Shown: in pieces, positions 1-14,985 of the stretch | Position numbering within the stretch: position 1 is the stretch's first letter | Layout: each line of letters starts with the position of its first letter | NCBI RefSeq assembly: GCF_009914755.1 | Contig: NC_060925.1 | DNA from: the human T2T-CHM13v2.0 reference genome, Homo sapiens | Strand: one strand, 5' to 3' | Length of the DNA: 64,000 nucleotides | Made by a program: the position numbers and the translations under genes | Notes under the pieces: model-generated | What the model was told of the DNA's origin: nothing | Seen by the model: only the letters and a program-made list of their open reading frames with translations | The model's database searches: none

Positions 1-474
1 TGTTTTTCCCAACTAACCAAACACATAATTCTGGCTTCCAGACTCCCAGACTCTCAGCTGGGTGCCTCAGTCCTCATTTTCCCATAGTGCCATCCACAGT
101 CATTCAGCGGCCCATTCCGCACCTTATCCCCCTGGCTGCGTGCTGTTGACACTTCTGTTTCTTTATTTTAGGGCCTTGAGGCCAAGCCAGCCTCCATTTG
201 AGGAACATCCCTCACTTGGGATCCCCTGGAAGCTGTGTCTTTTCTGTATCTTCCTTTTCCTCTCACACACCCTTGGCTTCCTCTGTGGGGACCCACCAGG
301 GCTCTCACGACAAATGACTAAGGAGAGGATTCCCTTCCTGGGGTCTGAACTCAGCCTCTTGCTCTTGAGTTGCTCCCACAGGCTTCCTGAGGCCTGCAGC
401 CATGTCTCCACCCCTCACTCTTTTTACACTTGTTAGGGAAAAGAGGGTGTGTAATTGAACAGGAAGAAAAATCA

Positions 475-781
475 GCTGGGTGCAGTGGCTCACACCTGTA
501 ATCCCAACACTTTGGGAGGCTGAGACAGGAGGATCACTTTAGCCCAGGAGTTCTAGACTAGCCTGGGCAACAAAGTGAGATCTTGTCTCTACAAAAAAAT
601 CAAAAAATTAGCCAGGTGCAGTGGCACATGCCTGTAGTCCCAGCTATGTAGGAGGCTGAGGCAGGAGAATCGCTTGAGCCCAGGAAGTCGAGGCTGCACT
701 GCGGTGAGCCAAGATCGCATCATTGTACTCCAGCCTGGGTAACAGAGACCCTGTCTCAGAAAAAAAAAAAAAAAAGAAAGA
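475..781 (+). mobile_element. Alu (AluJ-like)
   Basis: Dimeric Alu, A tail, TSD AAGAAAAATCA. Confidence 0.9.
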
Positions 782-950
782 AAGAAAAATCACAGGCAGT
801 ATTTGAATCTGAACCTGGAATCTCCAGGCCAATGCCTCTTTTGTCTTATGGACTGTCTAGCTTGCTGTCCAAAAGCCCTGTGGAATTCCATGCCTCTCCC
901 TCTCTATACCTTTCTCCAAATCCTCACTGGTTCCTGGTGTTGTCTTCCAG

Positions 951-1022
951 GGGGTTCCATAACAACAACATCAAGGCCATCCCAGAAAAGGCCTTCATGG
1001 GGAACCCTCTGCTACAGACGAT
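951..1022 (+). CDS. LGR6: LGR6 LRR exon (inferred exon 8), 72 nt, [24 protein letters not shown]
   Basis: ttccag| acceptor, |gtgagt donor; translation matches LGR6 LRR; phase 2-2. Confidence 0.96.
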
Positions 1023-1265
1023 GTGAGTACTACTTTCTCTGGTCTCTTAATGCCGAACAGTGTTTCAGGGAGGAGGACAGAGGATGGGAAGGCAGGAGGG
1101 ACTTCCCTAGGAAGCACCAGGGAGGCAGAAGTATGGGAGGGGTTGCCTTTCCCTGCATGTTCTTTCCTGGGTCTACATTGATAGGAGAAGAAAGCAGAGA
1201 TTGGCCTTAATCCCAGCAGAAAGGCCTGAAAAACCCAATTAGGTGTTTGGACCTTCTTCTTCCAG

Positions 1266-1337
1266 ACACTTTTATGATAACCCAATCCAGTTTGTGGGAA
1301 GATCGGCATTCCAGTACCTGCCTAAACTCCACACACT
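1266..1337 (+). CDS. LGR6: LGR6 LRR exon (exon 9), 72 nt, [24 protein letters not shown]
   Basis: cttcttcttccag| and |gtaagt; continues frame of previous exon. Confidence 0.96.
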
Positions 1338-1598
1338 GTAAGTTGGCTCCTGAAGGCTGCTGCAGCCTGAACTTCCCCCTTTCCTCACTCCTTCTTGCTC
1401 TCTCCTGCCTATCGCCTGCGGATCTCTCCCTTGCAAGGCACAAGTCCACTGCAAAGCGTGGTCTTCAAGGCTGCAGGCCTCTGCTTTGCTCAGACCCGTT
1501 CCCACCTCTTTCTAAATTTAATAGCCTCCCTCCACCTCCCTGAACTGTGGCTTCTTCCCAGGTCTCAAAGGGACAAGGAAGGTCCATCTCCATAGTCA

Positions 1599-2262
<664 letters not shown>

Positions 2263-2586
2263 AAAAAGCTTCCATGGATTGCTGTCAGCCTACTGTGGCG
2301 TCACAGTAACATAGCCGACATCTCCAAAGCACATACTTAACTTTCACGTTCATTACGGCATTTCATCTTCATCGTAACCCTGTGAGGTAGGTGTTATTTG
2401 TCCGATTTACAGGTGGAACATGAGGTACTCAGGCCCTGTTGGGCATGAACCCAGAACCCTTTAATTTCAGATTCTGGGCTCATTTCTGGACCCCACGCTG
2501 CCTCCTCAGGGCTTTTCACAACACTCAATTTTCTGCGCTGCTGTTGCATGCAGGCCCCATGTGGGTCCGTGTCCTCAATAAAATAG

Positions 2587-3126
<540 letters not shown>

Positions 3127-3380
3127 TGAATGCTGAGGTTACCCAGCTCTGTCTGGGCGAGGGTGTGCTGAGCAAACTTAAGCAAATGGCTGGTTGGACC
3201 CTGCTAAGTATGGCTCAGCCTCCACGAGGGCCTGCGTGGCTGACTTGAGGAAGATTGCAGGGAAGCATGACATTGCCCCCAAAGGAGGAGTCCCGGAGGG
3301 GAGACAAAATGGAGAATTGAGAGTCTTGATGTTGAGATGCTCTGACCCCACCCCTCAGAGCTCATTGTCTCTATTTCCAG

Positions 3381-3449
3381 ATCTCTGAATGGTGCCATGG
3401 ACATCCAGGAGTTTCCAGATCTCAAAGGCACCACCAGCCTGGAGATCCT
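3381..3449 (+). CDS. LGR6: LGR6 LRR exon (exon 10), 69 nt, [23 protein letters not shown]
   Basis: tttccag| and |gtgagt; LRR translation in frame. Confidence 0.96.
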
Positions 3450-4660
3450 GTGAGTGGCTTCTCTCTCCCTACCTTATCTATCGCCCCAGCTTCATTCCCA
3501 AGAGCTCTTCCACTCCCTGCCCCTGGAAGGCTGTCTAGGTTCCTTGCTTCCCTTTTATCCAGCCTGTCTCTACTACTGGCTCCATCCCCTTCCTCCTGAT
3601 GTGGCACTGCCCACAGGCAAGGTCAGCAGGTGGCAGATGGGATGGCAGTGAGGAGGCTGGTCTTTCTCTCTTTACCATGCTTGGAGTTTTCAGGTATTAA
3701 TTTAGAGCTCCTAACCCCAAGCCACAGGTACACTGAGGGTTGAAGTGATGGAGAGGAGGGTTGTGAAAACCCGTCTTTGCCTTTCTGAAGCTTGATTCCA
3801 ACAAAGACGTTCTTGTATTTTCTATTATTATCTCCTGTGGCATAGAGGGCAGGAGTGCCGACGCATAGTAGGCCCTCAATACATTTAAATGAATGAAATG
3901 AAACAATCGAGCAAACACCCAGAATGAGTGTCAGGAAGTCGGCTGCCCTGCCCCACACCACAAAGTTCATTCATGGCACCACTGGGACTGGGGCTCCCCT
4001 CTGTGCCTCCGTTGTCTCCCCGCTAGATTCACTGGCATGTGGAAAATTTTCCATGAGGGAAGTAGTTATTCCCCAAAGATGACCTTGGCCTTGGGTCCTT
4101 CCTGGGACACCCTGCCCGAAGCCAAGCCTGCTCTCCAACCTGCCCCCACAGCCCTCTCCAGCCCAGCTCCTGGTTCTTCCCTTCTATCCCATCTCTTCTC
4201 CCTCCTCCGAGGCACAAGGACCAAACTCTGTGCCTGTGTCCCATGGTCCCACTACGGTGTTTTTCTGTCTACACTTGCCCATGGACATCCCCTCCTCTAA
4301 GGTCCCTACAGCAGAGAAGATTTGTGTCCCTGTCCTACAGGCCCAGTGCTGCTTGAGACCATTATGAGACATGGGGTGGGGATGGGATGGGGATGGCTGG
4401 AGCAGAGCCCTGGGCTGTGGCCCTCTCTCTCCACTCCCCTCCCCCAGCTCCTCTAGGCCCAAGGGAGCTTGGTGCTCAGATGCCAGTGTCTGCTCGTTTT
4501 TGTCCCCACAGCCCCACCCCCTGCCCTGTCTCTCCCTCCATTTCTCTCTTTTGTTAGCTCCGTCATCCCACGACAGTATCAGGTCCAGAGCTGGAGCGGG
4601 GTGGCTGGGAATGGCAGGGCCCTGGGCCTGGTGCCAGCTCTGTCTCTGTTCTCCCTGCAG

Positions 4661-4732
4661 GACCCTGACCCGCGCAGGCATCCGGCTGCTCCCATCGGGG
4701 ATGTGCCAACAGCTGCCCAGGCTCCGAGTCCT
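4661..4732 (+). CDS. LGR6: LGR6 LRR exon (exon 11), 72 nt, TLTRAGIRLLPSGMCQQLPRLRVL
   Basis: ctccctgcag| and |gtgagt; end of ORF 4371-4736. Confidence 0.96.
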
Positions 4733-5785
4733 GTGAGTGCTCACAAGAATTCTACAGTCTTGGCATTGTGCCCCTACCCCCATGTCCCACAAAAGGCCTC
4801 TCCTGCTTCTGTCCCACTTGGTCATTTCCCTTCCTGGAGAATGGAGCAGCATAGGCTCCTGCTGAGAGCCTACCCCAGAAGGACCGGGTTTGAGGCACAG
4901 CTCTGCCACTTACTAGCTGTATTGATTTGGACTCACTCTTTAAAGTCTCTGAGCTTCGATATCCTCGTCTATAACATGGGAGTCAATTTGTAAGGGTTGG
5001 AAAAAATATGTAAAGCACCTAGTGCATAATACCAATAAATGACATAATTACTGTAATTTTACACAAGAAAATTAGTCCCCTCTTGGGATCTTGGGACTGT
5101 GGAGGTACTTAAGTGGCCTCTGAAGTCAAGGGGAGTTTTCCTCTCTCCTTGGACTCCAACTTGAATCTGAGGCTCCTCATCAGGGACCATAGCCCCTCAG
5201 CTCAAGATGGGTGGACCAACGCATAGTGTGTGGAAAGAGCCCTAGGCTGGGGGTCCGGAGACACAGGCTCCAGACTCAGCCTTGCCACTGACTGGTGGTG
5301 TGTCCTTTAGTAGGTCCTGTCCCCTCTGTGGGCCTCAGGTTTCTCATCTGCTGAGTGAAAGAGTTGGGCCAGATGATCCCTAAGGGCCTCCAGCTCTGAT
5401 CTTTCCTGCCAGCTCCATAAATGGTGACTGCAGGTGCTTGGGTTGGCATTGCTCAGTGAGGTCCAATGTGTTCTCTGCTGGCTGGCTCAGTGCCCCTCTC
5501 CCTGACTCTTTGCCTGTTTCCTCTTCACCACGCCCCTCTCACTTCCTGGGTAGTCCCATCTAGGCCCAATGAGGAGTGGGACTTAGTAGGAGGAAATGCA
5601 GAGAAAGTGAATTGAGGAGACTGGTGCCCTGGTGTGAGATGCCTCAACAGCCATGTCCCTGTGGGGTCCCCACAGCCTTCAGCTAATTGACAGGAAAGCA
5701 CAGTCCTGGCTAGAGCCCCCCGTCCCCGAGCAGCCCTCAGATAGCCACCATTTCACCCCAGCCCTGGCCTTTCTCTTTTCCCCAG

Positions 5786-5851
5786 GGAACTGTCTCACAA
5801 TCAAATTGAGGAGCTGCCCAGCCTGCACAGGTGTCAGAAATTGGAGGAAAT
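5786..5851 (+). CDS. LGR6: LGR6 LRR exon (exon 12), 66 nt, [22 protein letters not shown]
   Basis: ttttccccag| and |gtgagt; LxxN LRR consensus. Confidence 0.96.
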
Positions 5852-6969
5852 GTGAGTCTGGGGTAGGGAAGAGGCAAAAGCACGCCAGCCAGACCCTGAG
5901 CAAGTCCTGCAGGGAGGTGTGATGGGGGGCATCAGTAAGGGCCAATGCACACTTTGACATTTCTTCCTTCTCTTTTCTGAGTTTGTTTAACCCAGAGTTT
6001 AGGGCTGAGAGCTTGGCAGAGGCCTGCACAATGGCCCTAGGACTCACAGCAGAAGACCGACCCAGGAGCTGGTGCCCAAAAGGAGTCTCAAGGTGGCTCC
6101 TTATAAATCAGTAGCAACACAGAAATGCAGTAGTGATTAGAACCAGTGGAGGGACAGGGTCACATCAGGGCACAGTGGGATGGACCGGAGAAGGCTTTAA
6201 GGAGTTGGAAGCACCCTGCATTTTGGAGCATGTTCTCTCCTTTTCCATACCTCTAAACACGCACATGCATATGTGTGTATGTGTTTGCATATTACACACA
6301 GACATACATAATCATCTGTGGAAGAACAAGCCTGGGATTCAAAGGTCACAAAGAAAATATCACTTGAAAAATTCTCTAAGCTGTATTAACCCAGCTCCTG
6401 TTTTCTCAAGCCAGCATGGCCTCTTGAGCTTCCCTGTGTCTGTACCCTGCTTCTAGGCAGGACCATGCATTTTGGGGCTGGGGCAGGGTACAGATATGAG
6501 GGTCTCCTGTTTGTCTAGGTGCCAAGGGAAGGAGGGTCTTCTGCATGGCTGAGGCCCAGGGTCCATCTCCCATTCAACCAGTCTACTGAGCTCTGCTTCC
6601 CAGCTCCGGCCAGTCACTTGGGTTGGGCGGTGCTCTGCTTCTGGGCTAGGGTCTGGAGGACCCATGGTGATGGGAGGTGTGGGGGCCAGTTTGGCTGGGC
6701 TGGGAGCCAGGCCCAGTGGGAACACTGGAAGCTGACTCCCTTTTGGGCCACAGGGATGGTTTTGTGGCTTTGTCTCCTGACCCACTTACCCAAGGCAACC
6801 GGATCCCCTTGTGCTCCCTTTAATTCTGGTGACTTCCTCGGGCTGGGCCCTTTCTTCCTGTGCCAGGAGAAGTGGGGGGCTCTACTTTCTTCCTCCCAGT
6901 GCTCGGGGGGCATGGAGCGGAGCCAGGGTCTGAGCCTGCCGGCTCATCCAGCCTCTCTTGCTGCCCTAG

Positions 6970-7041
6970 CGGCCTCCAACACAACCGCATCTGGGAAATT
7001 GGAGCTGACACCTTCAGCCAGCTGAGCTCCCTGCAAGCCCT
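6970..7041 (+). CDS. LGR6: LGR6 LRR exon (exon 13), 72 nt, GLQHNRIWEIGADTFSQLSSLQAL
   Basis: gccctag| and |gtgagt; end of ORF 6860-7045. Confidence 0.96.
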
Positions 7042-7431
7042 GTGAGTACCCACATCCAGGGGTGGGCCATGGAGGAGCCACCGTGTCCCTCTGCTAGGCA
7101 TGCTCATTGTCATAGCACATGTGTACAATTTAAGCAAATGTGACATGCACATCGCCTCCCAGCTCCACAGCCCCCACCCCCAGCACACACACACACTTCT
7201 CTAGCTGGCACCCAGGAGGTCTTGAGGCTCTGGAGCCAAGCTGTCATGTCCCTGTTCCTGGGGCCACAGCCAGCTCAGGAGCTGGGCAGCAGCAGGTACC
7301 TTCCCCAAAAGGCAAAGGTTACTGTTACTGGGGGCAGGTCAGATGGGGGTATGTGAGGGGGAGCCCATGATGGGAACAGTGAGTCCTCCACATGTTACTG
7401 TCCCCTCCTGTCACACCCTCTCTGCCTGCAG

Positions 7432-7503
7432 GGATCTTAGCTGGAACGCCATCCGGTCCATCCACCCTGAGGCCTTCTCCACCCTGCACTCCCTGGTCAA
7501 GCT
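7432..7503 (+). CDS. LGR6: LGR6 LRR exon (exon 14), 72 nt, [24 protein letters not shown]
   Basis: cctgcag| and |gtaagt; LRR consensus. Confidence 0.96.
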
Positions 7504-9152
7504 GTAAGTGCCTGCTGCATTCTCCTCCAGGATGCTGGGGGCCAGTCGGGACTATGGGCTGGCCAATGGAGGCAGAAGGGCCACCCCAGAGCAGGAACAT
7601 GCATATCCCAGGGAGATGGGCCTCAGCCTAATCAATCATTCTGACAATCCGTTTGACAGAGTGTGGGGCCTGATAAACAGAGATCCTGCCTCTTGTAAGC
7701 TCTGGAACATCATCTGCTAATGTTCTGCAGTATTTTGGCAGCCTCAGCCCTCCTCATCCCCCCTGCCTCGGTCCCATCCCCATCCTCTCTATCCACCAAC
7801 AAAGAGGATATATTGGGCCTGGAATCCCTTCACACATAGGAGGGTGGAAGTAGATGTGGGAGCCAGGGTCTCAGAGAGCTCAGGGGTTCCCTGCTTGAGC
7901 ATTGCTGTAGAGGACTGCCATTCTGTGAGGCAGCAGGGGACCTCAGGTCCTTTAAATTACATAGGATGTAAACAGAGAGTGAGCAGTGTTGGCTACATGG
8001 TCATTATGTCAGGGCTGGAAGGGGCCTCTGCTGCAGCTGCCATGTACTGTGGGGCAGGTTATTCACTGCGCAAGCACTCCTGCCCAAGAGGGAGCTGACA
8101 TCCTGCCACCTCCTTGCCAAGCTGGACTCCTAAAAGCACATCTACCTAGACTGGGCCCTTTTCTGGTTAACACAAAGACTTCTTTTGGGCTAGCTCCAGC
8201 CCTGGCCTCAGAGACCATCCAGCCCCACCCGCTTCACTTCACAGGTGAGGCCTCCAAGGCCCAGGAGGAGAAGTTTACTCAAAGCCAAGGGCCAGGACTC
8301 CCAGCAGGCACACACATTCCTCCTCAGGCTGGGGCCGTGGCTTTGCAAAACTCTCACCTCCGTCTTCCCTCTCCTGTTTGCTCTAGTCCTGCCAGATAGG
8401 TAGGGTGGATATTTTTATCCCTTTGAAAGATGAGGACACTGAAGCTCAGGCAGATTTGTGGCTCCCCTTGGTTACACAGCGAGTTGGTGACAGTGCCAGG
8501 TTTCCTGCCTTCCAGTCCAGGGCTGTTTCCACGACGCACAGTCTGTGGTCTTAGCGTTTGGTTTGGAACCCTGGGCTTCCTCTAATGCGCCTCCAGTAGA
8601 AGAAAATGCATGTCCTCGCCTCTGGCTACAAAGCAGTCCCTACAAGATGGAATGGATGACCCAATCCCTGCTTGTAGCCAGATGACCAGCTCTGTCCAGT
8701 CCCAGACTCAGCCCTCTTATATCATCAGAAAAGTAGGAGGAAAGGCAGGGGGATGGGGATAAACGACAACAGGAAGGTTCCCCAAGTGGGTGGGCAGGGC
8801 TTCCTGGATGGCACTTAGAACTGGGCACAGGAACTGTGGTTGAGGGAGCTCTGTTACCTACAAATTGGGACAGCTTGGCATTAAGTTAGAACAGTCCCTG
8901 GTATATAGTTGGCACCGTTATGTATTGAATGAATGAGCAAATAAAAGAATGAACAACCTGCAGATGGTGCCTCTAGCAACTCTTGGCTGCCCTCCTCCCT
9001 CGGCATTCAATGCTCTCTTCTAAGCTTCTCTCCTGTCCTTTGCTCCTCTCCTCTTGCTTCCATCCCAGGCACACTGGCCACATTCTCAGCACAGCCCTGC
9101 CCCCTCAGCAATCCCACTGACTGCCAATAACCCTGACCATCCACTGTCCTAG

Positions 9153-9278
9153 GGACCTGACAGACAACCAGCTGACCACACTGCCCCTGGCTGGACTTGG
9201 GGGCTTGATGCATCTGAAGCTCAAAGGGAACCTTGCTCTCTCCCAGGCCTTCTCCAAGGACAGTTTCCCAAAACTGAG
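9153..9278 (+). CDS. LGR6: LGR6 exon 15, 126 nt, [42 protein letters not shown]
   Basis: gtcctag| and |gtgagg; two LRR units in frame. Confidence 0.96.
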
Positions 9279-10298
9279 GTGAGGGACTGGCTTTCCCCAA
9301 CACCTGGGTAGGCCAGCTGGAGACCCTGGAGGGACAGAGAGAAAGCCAGATGGCCCCACCCTGAGAAGAGCCTAGAGGCTTAGGGTTTGACCAAGATTTA
9401 GTGGAAGGGCTCACCTGACCACCTACAGACCAAGAGGGGCCTGGTTCATGCCTCCCCTTCCTCCTTATCTCCTTGGTGGCATTTTCCCCTGTCCCAAGCT
9501 CCAACGCTAGTGAGCACTGGGACCTGAGAGTGATAGAAGTAAGATGATGTGAAGACCCCCTAGCCCTCCTTGCACCCCATCTGGTTCCACATGTCCAGAT
9601 TATCTGTCCTCACTTGGGCAGCATCTGAGCCCCTGGAATCAGGGCAGAGCCCAGGACACTGATGGGTGGAAAACAAGCTGCACAGCCAGGCCGTGGTGCT
9701 AATGACATCCAGGCCTCTTCCATGCAGCAGCAGTGGTGCAGCTTGCATGGCCCAAGCCTTGTCTGCTGCACACTAATGAGATGCCCTTAGGGCCTCTGCA
9801 CTTACCCTCAGAGGGCACCAAATCCAGCTCCAATATGCCCAGAGGTGGGGGAGGGATAGGGTGCAGGTCTCACTGAGGGCCAGAGTGAAGAATCACCAGA
9901 AGAATCCATGTGGCCTTAAATATAAAAGAGGAGGTGTTGCCTGGGAGAAGAAGCAGAGCACTGGCAGTGCTGTGTGAGCTTGGGGAAGCCTCTGCCCGCT
10001 CTGAGCCAGCAGAGAGGACTCCTTAAACAATGGGCAGAATGTTTCTTTCCCCATCTCACTTGCCAAGATGAACAAAGAAAGACAGAAATGCCTCCAGAGC
10101 CCTTCAGATCAGGAGTCAGGCTGCAAGGCCCTTACAAAGAATGCCTAGGAGACTGCCAGCACAGTGAACAGGGAACTTGGGAGTTGAAGGACAGACACTG
10201 AGTGCCCAGCCCCTGGGTTGCAGATCTCTTAAATCAGACTTAGGTCTTAGACCCCAAAGATGCTGAGGCAGCCAATCAGCCTGCCTCTCCCCCACCAG

Positions 10299-10459
10299 GA
10301 TCCTGGAGGTGCCTTATGCCTACCAGTGCTGTCCCTATGGGATGTGTGCCAGCTTCTTCAAGGCCTCTGGGCAGTGGGAGGCTGAAGACCTTCACCTTGA
10401 TGATGAGGAGTCTTCAAAAAGGCCCCTGGGCCTCCTTGCCAGACAAGCAGAGAACCACT
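10299..10459 (+). CDS. LGR6: LGR6 exon 16, 161 nt, LRR C-cap/hinge [21 protein letters not shown]...ARQAENH
   Basis: caccag| and |gtgagt; YAYQCC motif of LGR4/5/6. Confidence 0.96.
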
Positions 10460-11479
10460 GTGAGTGACCAGGGGCCCTGGGTTGGGGAGGGTAGTGGGCT
10501 GTGGAGAGGAAGTTAGAGGGGATGCTTGGGGGACCTGAGAGGGAATCTGACAGCAGCTGCAGAGGGAAGCCCTACAGAGGTGGGAGGAGCTGCCTGTGAC
10601 CTGGGAGGAAACTCTACCTCTGTTTGCACTTTGTCTCTCCAAGACTACACCCAGAGGTGCTTGGGACAAAGTAATGATGGTAGCAATGGCTGTGGCAATG
10701 TCTCATCTGCCTAGCCCTTTGCAGTTCACAAAGTGCCTCTCACACACCATCTCACTTAACCCTCCCCTTGTGGTCCACATGTTTCTTCTCCTTCAACCTC
10801 AGGGTATTCTCAGAGAAGACAGACCCCTTATTTTATCAATCTGAGCCAATAGGATTTAATTAAATCAATTGAATTAAACCTACTTCCAGAAAAAAAGAAT
10901 CCCCTCATAATATGTCCTAGAACCAAAAGGAACAGTGTAGGGTTATTGCTGTCCAAGTCCATCCTGCACCTCCAGTCTGCCCCATGAGTCTGAAAGTGAG
11001 ACTTCCGTGGCCGCCAGGTGCAAGAGACCTTCACTGAGAAGGGCCATTCCAGTGCAGGCTGTCTTGGGCCATCTGTGTTTCTGGAAGAGTTAGGGTAAAA
11101 GGCACATGTTGGAGGCAGGCAGCCAAGGGGGTTCTGAGGGATCATTTACTAAGTGGTATCTTAGATACCAAGGGCAGATAAAAGGGCTTCCCTCTCCCCC
11201 TGCCCGTATTACAGAACACAAGCAGAATTAGGAGGGAGAGAGTAGGGGTCCTCTGCTTTGGGGTATTCTTTTTCCATCTCTAACTCTCCACAATATTTCA
11301 ATGGAGAAAATAAACAAACGAAAAATCAAATATAAACATGTAAGAAAAACATCTCATTACAGCGTAGACAAAACTGAGGTCCAATCCCAACTACAACATT
11401 CACCAGTTGGATTGCATTGGACCAGTCATGTAACCATACTGAGCCTCACTTTCCTTATCTTTAAATGAGAAAGATAATT

Positions 11480-11786
<307 letters not shown>

Positions 11787-13048
11787 TAAATGAGAAAGAT
11801 AATGGATAGCTCATAGGCTGTTGGGGAAGACTAAAAGATTCCATAAATGATGAAGTATGCTCATCGCTACTACTGAGGACTGGTGCCTTCTGGTGTACAT
11901 GTATAGGGAGAGTGCAACTGTGGAGTCCGGGGCACAGTGTATGGAGGGCAAATGGTGGGCAGGCAACCTGGGGGTCTCTGAGAGCCTTCTTCCCAATGTA
12001 TTAACACACCTCCCTAGGGAGGGTATGAGGACCCGATGAGGAGCAGCCCAGCAGCCTGGCTGGCTCTGGGCCAGCAGACAGCTGTCCCCGGGGGACATTC
12101 CCGGATGTCTGCTGTACACTCCCTCAGGGGGCTGGAAGGAAGAATGGAAACTTTCCTTCCTCAAGGTGAAACTTTCCACCGAGCTTAGGTCTTGGAGAAC
12201 CACAGGGCGTCAAGATCGTGGGCTGCCTGCCGCCTGTAACGGGAGCTAGGGCAGGGCCCCCCACTTCCTGTGGGAGCTAATGAGCCTCGAGAAGGAAAGC
12301 CAGGAGCTGCTGCTCCAGCCAGATTCGATTTCCTCCTCGTTTGAAGAGTGGTTACTTAACACCTTGGCTGTGATTTTCCCAGCCTCAGACAGAGTCCACG
12401 GGTTTCACCCCTTGTGTTTCATTCATGCATTTTGATTTCAAAGAATTGCTGAACTTCTTTCTGGAGAGCAGGGGTGGGCAGGGAGTGAAAGGTAGAGAGG
12501 AGGAAATGCCAGGACTCTGTGGGCACGACTCAGCCTCCGACCTGCCCTGATGGTGTCTGGGCCAGGAGCAGCTTCACAGTCTTCCTGCCTCCTGGGAAAG
12601 CTCCCAACTGATGGTGTTTACCCTTTAAGTGAGGAGGAAGGATCCACACAGGAAACAGACTTTGTGAACCAAAGATGGAACAAGTGCAACAAACAGAGTC
12701 ACCTATCCATTGCCCTGTATGATGGAGGAAGAGCCCACAGGATGCTGTCTCTTAAACCTGAAGATTGTACAGTTACCTTTTGAAGACAAGCCATTCTTTC
12801 CCCAACTTGGGTCTTCAGACACATTTCCAGTCTGACCTGAGAAACTTGTCTTATTCTTTAAAAAGCCTTTCAGTGGTGGATTATCACTGCAAAAAATGTT
12901 TTGTCTTTATAGATTATAAAATGTTCTAGATTCTCATTTCAAAATTCGTATAGAATTTGTGGACCTCCAGCATGTCTGCAACCCCCTAGAGTTCACAGGC
13001 CCTAGTTTGAGAAACACTGCAAAAGTGAATAAGAAAAAAAAAGTGTAA

Positions 13049-13359
<311 letters not shown>

Positions 13360-13539
13360 TTAGAATTGAAAAGAACATTAAAGATGATCTAGTCCAGCCT
13401 CTGACTCAGGTAGAAGTGCTTTCTCTCCCATTGGGGACTTTCTGTTTAGTATCATCAGTGACAAATTATGTTCAGCTCATGCATCTGTAAATCTCCTGAA
13501 CCCTCCCCACCCCCTGACCCCCCAAAGTAATCAGTCCCT

Positions 13540-13780
13540 TGCCTGGGAAAGCATGATGGTTAAACATCTGGGCTCTGTAGTCAGACAAACCTGCATCTGA
13601 ATTCTAGTCTATTGCTGTGAGGCTGCAGGCAAGCCACTTAACTTCAATGAGCCTCAGTCTCCTTATCTGTCACCTGCCTCACATGGATGTTGTGAAGGTT
13701 AATGGGACCATGAAGATGAGGACTGACTGGGCACAGTACCTGGTGCCGAATAAGAACTCAAGAAATGTTAACCCTTATTG
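13540..13780 (+). mobile_element. MIR
   Basis: ggctctgtagtcagac...gagcctcagtctccttatctgt...gttgtgaaggtt core. Confidence 0.65.
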
Positions 13781-13802
13781 TTCAGTGAATCTATTAGCTG
13801 AA

Positions 13803-13975
13803 AATTTTTTTCTAATTGATACATAATAAATGTATGTATGGGGGGCACATGTGATTATTTAATACATTCATATAATGTATATAAAGATCAAATCAGAGTA
13901 ATCGGGATATCCTTTGCCTTAAAAATTTGTCTTTTCTTTATGCTAGGAACATTCAAATTATTCCCTTCTAGCTAG
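13803..13975 (-). mobile_element. L1M 3' end fragment
   Basis: attgatacataata...gatcaaatcagagtaat resembles L1MA 3' UTR. Confidence 0.6.
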
Positions 13976-14904
13976 TAAATAAATCTGTTAGTTGATGGCA
14001 CTCATTGTAGCATGACAATTTGTTTCCTTATTAGTCTCCACAAGCTCTTTGAGAGCAGGTCCATCTCTTATTCATCCCTGAAATTCTTCTGCATTTGCCC
14101 AGTGCCAGAATTGCACTCAGCAGATGTGGACCTACTCTGCACCTGTTGAAGGTGGGGTGTTCCTTTGCTGGACAGCTCTAATTGTGGGAACTTACTCTTG
14201 TTAGGAAGTAGTAGAGTGTCTCCATTCGAATCATAATTTGCCTCGTTCTACAGTCCATCCATTGATCCTGGTTCTACCCTCTGGGGCAAAACAGCATGTA
14301 GAAGTCAAATTCCTTTACCCCTAACAGTCCTTCAGCCCTTTGAGGACGGCCATGATACCCCCACTTACTCTTACCTCCTCCAAGTTAAACACCGCCCAGT
14401 TGCTTTGACTGTTTCTCTCACAAATGGCTTCTGCTCTCCCACCCCCTAGTTCACTCGTTCACGTCTAAACACACTCCAGCTCACTGATGTTTTTCTTAAT
14501 GTGTAGTTTTCACAACTGGACACAAAATTACAGTGACAGCCCAGCCAGAGTAGAGAATGTGTGATCACTAGCATACATTATTGAAACAGCTTCCACTCCA
14601 ACTCGAAGCAGCACTTGTGGGTAAGGCTGACTGGAGAGGACGTAGAGCCCTGACTAATAGAAAGAGAAGGTCTAGGTGAAATGTTTGCTGTGCACTCTTC
14701 AGTGCAGATAATCCACATGTGGATAATAGGAAGCTGACCAAATCTTTACCCCCAAGGGTAGAAATGGATGTGCCGGGTTGCTAGAATGAACAGTGCTGAG
14801 CAGAGTTAGTAAGGGACATCTTAAAGGAGGGGGCATTTGGAGAAAGGTAGGGCTTGACTGACACCAAGACCCAGGACCCTGCATCACTTTGTCTCTCCTT
14901 TCAG

Positions 14905-14985
14905 ATGACCAGGACCTGGATGAGCTCCAGCTGGAGATGGAGGACTCAAAGCCACACCCCAGTGTCCAGTGTAGCCCTACTCCAG
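14905..14985 (+). CDS. LGR6: LGR6 exon 17, 81 nt, acidic hinge [26 protein letters not shown]
   Basis: cctttcag| and |gtgagg; VQCSP motif; phase 1-1 fits neighbours. Confidence 0.95.

Noticed and set aside
4184-4909. 241-aa minus-strand ORF across LGR6 exon 11
   Set aside because: No recognisable domain; GC-rich sequence is poor in stop codons; no promoter or poly(A) support.
5415-5424. Isolated CArG boxes (5415, 40957, 61687)
   Set aside because: About five CC(A/T)6GG matches are expected by chance in 64 kb; these have no supporting context.
6519-7025. 168-aa ORF running into LGR6 exon 13
   Set aside because: It overlaps the exon in a different frame and stops within it; best explained as an intronic chance ORF.
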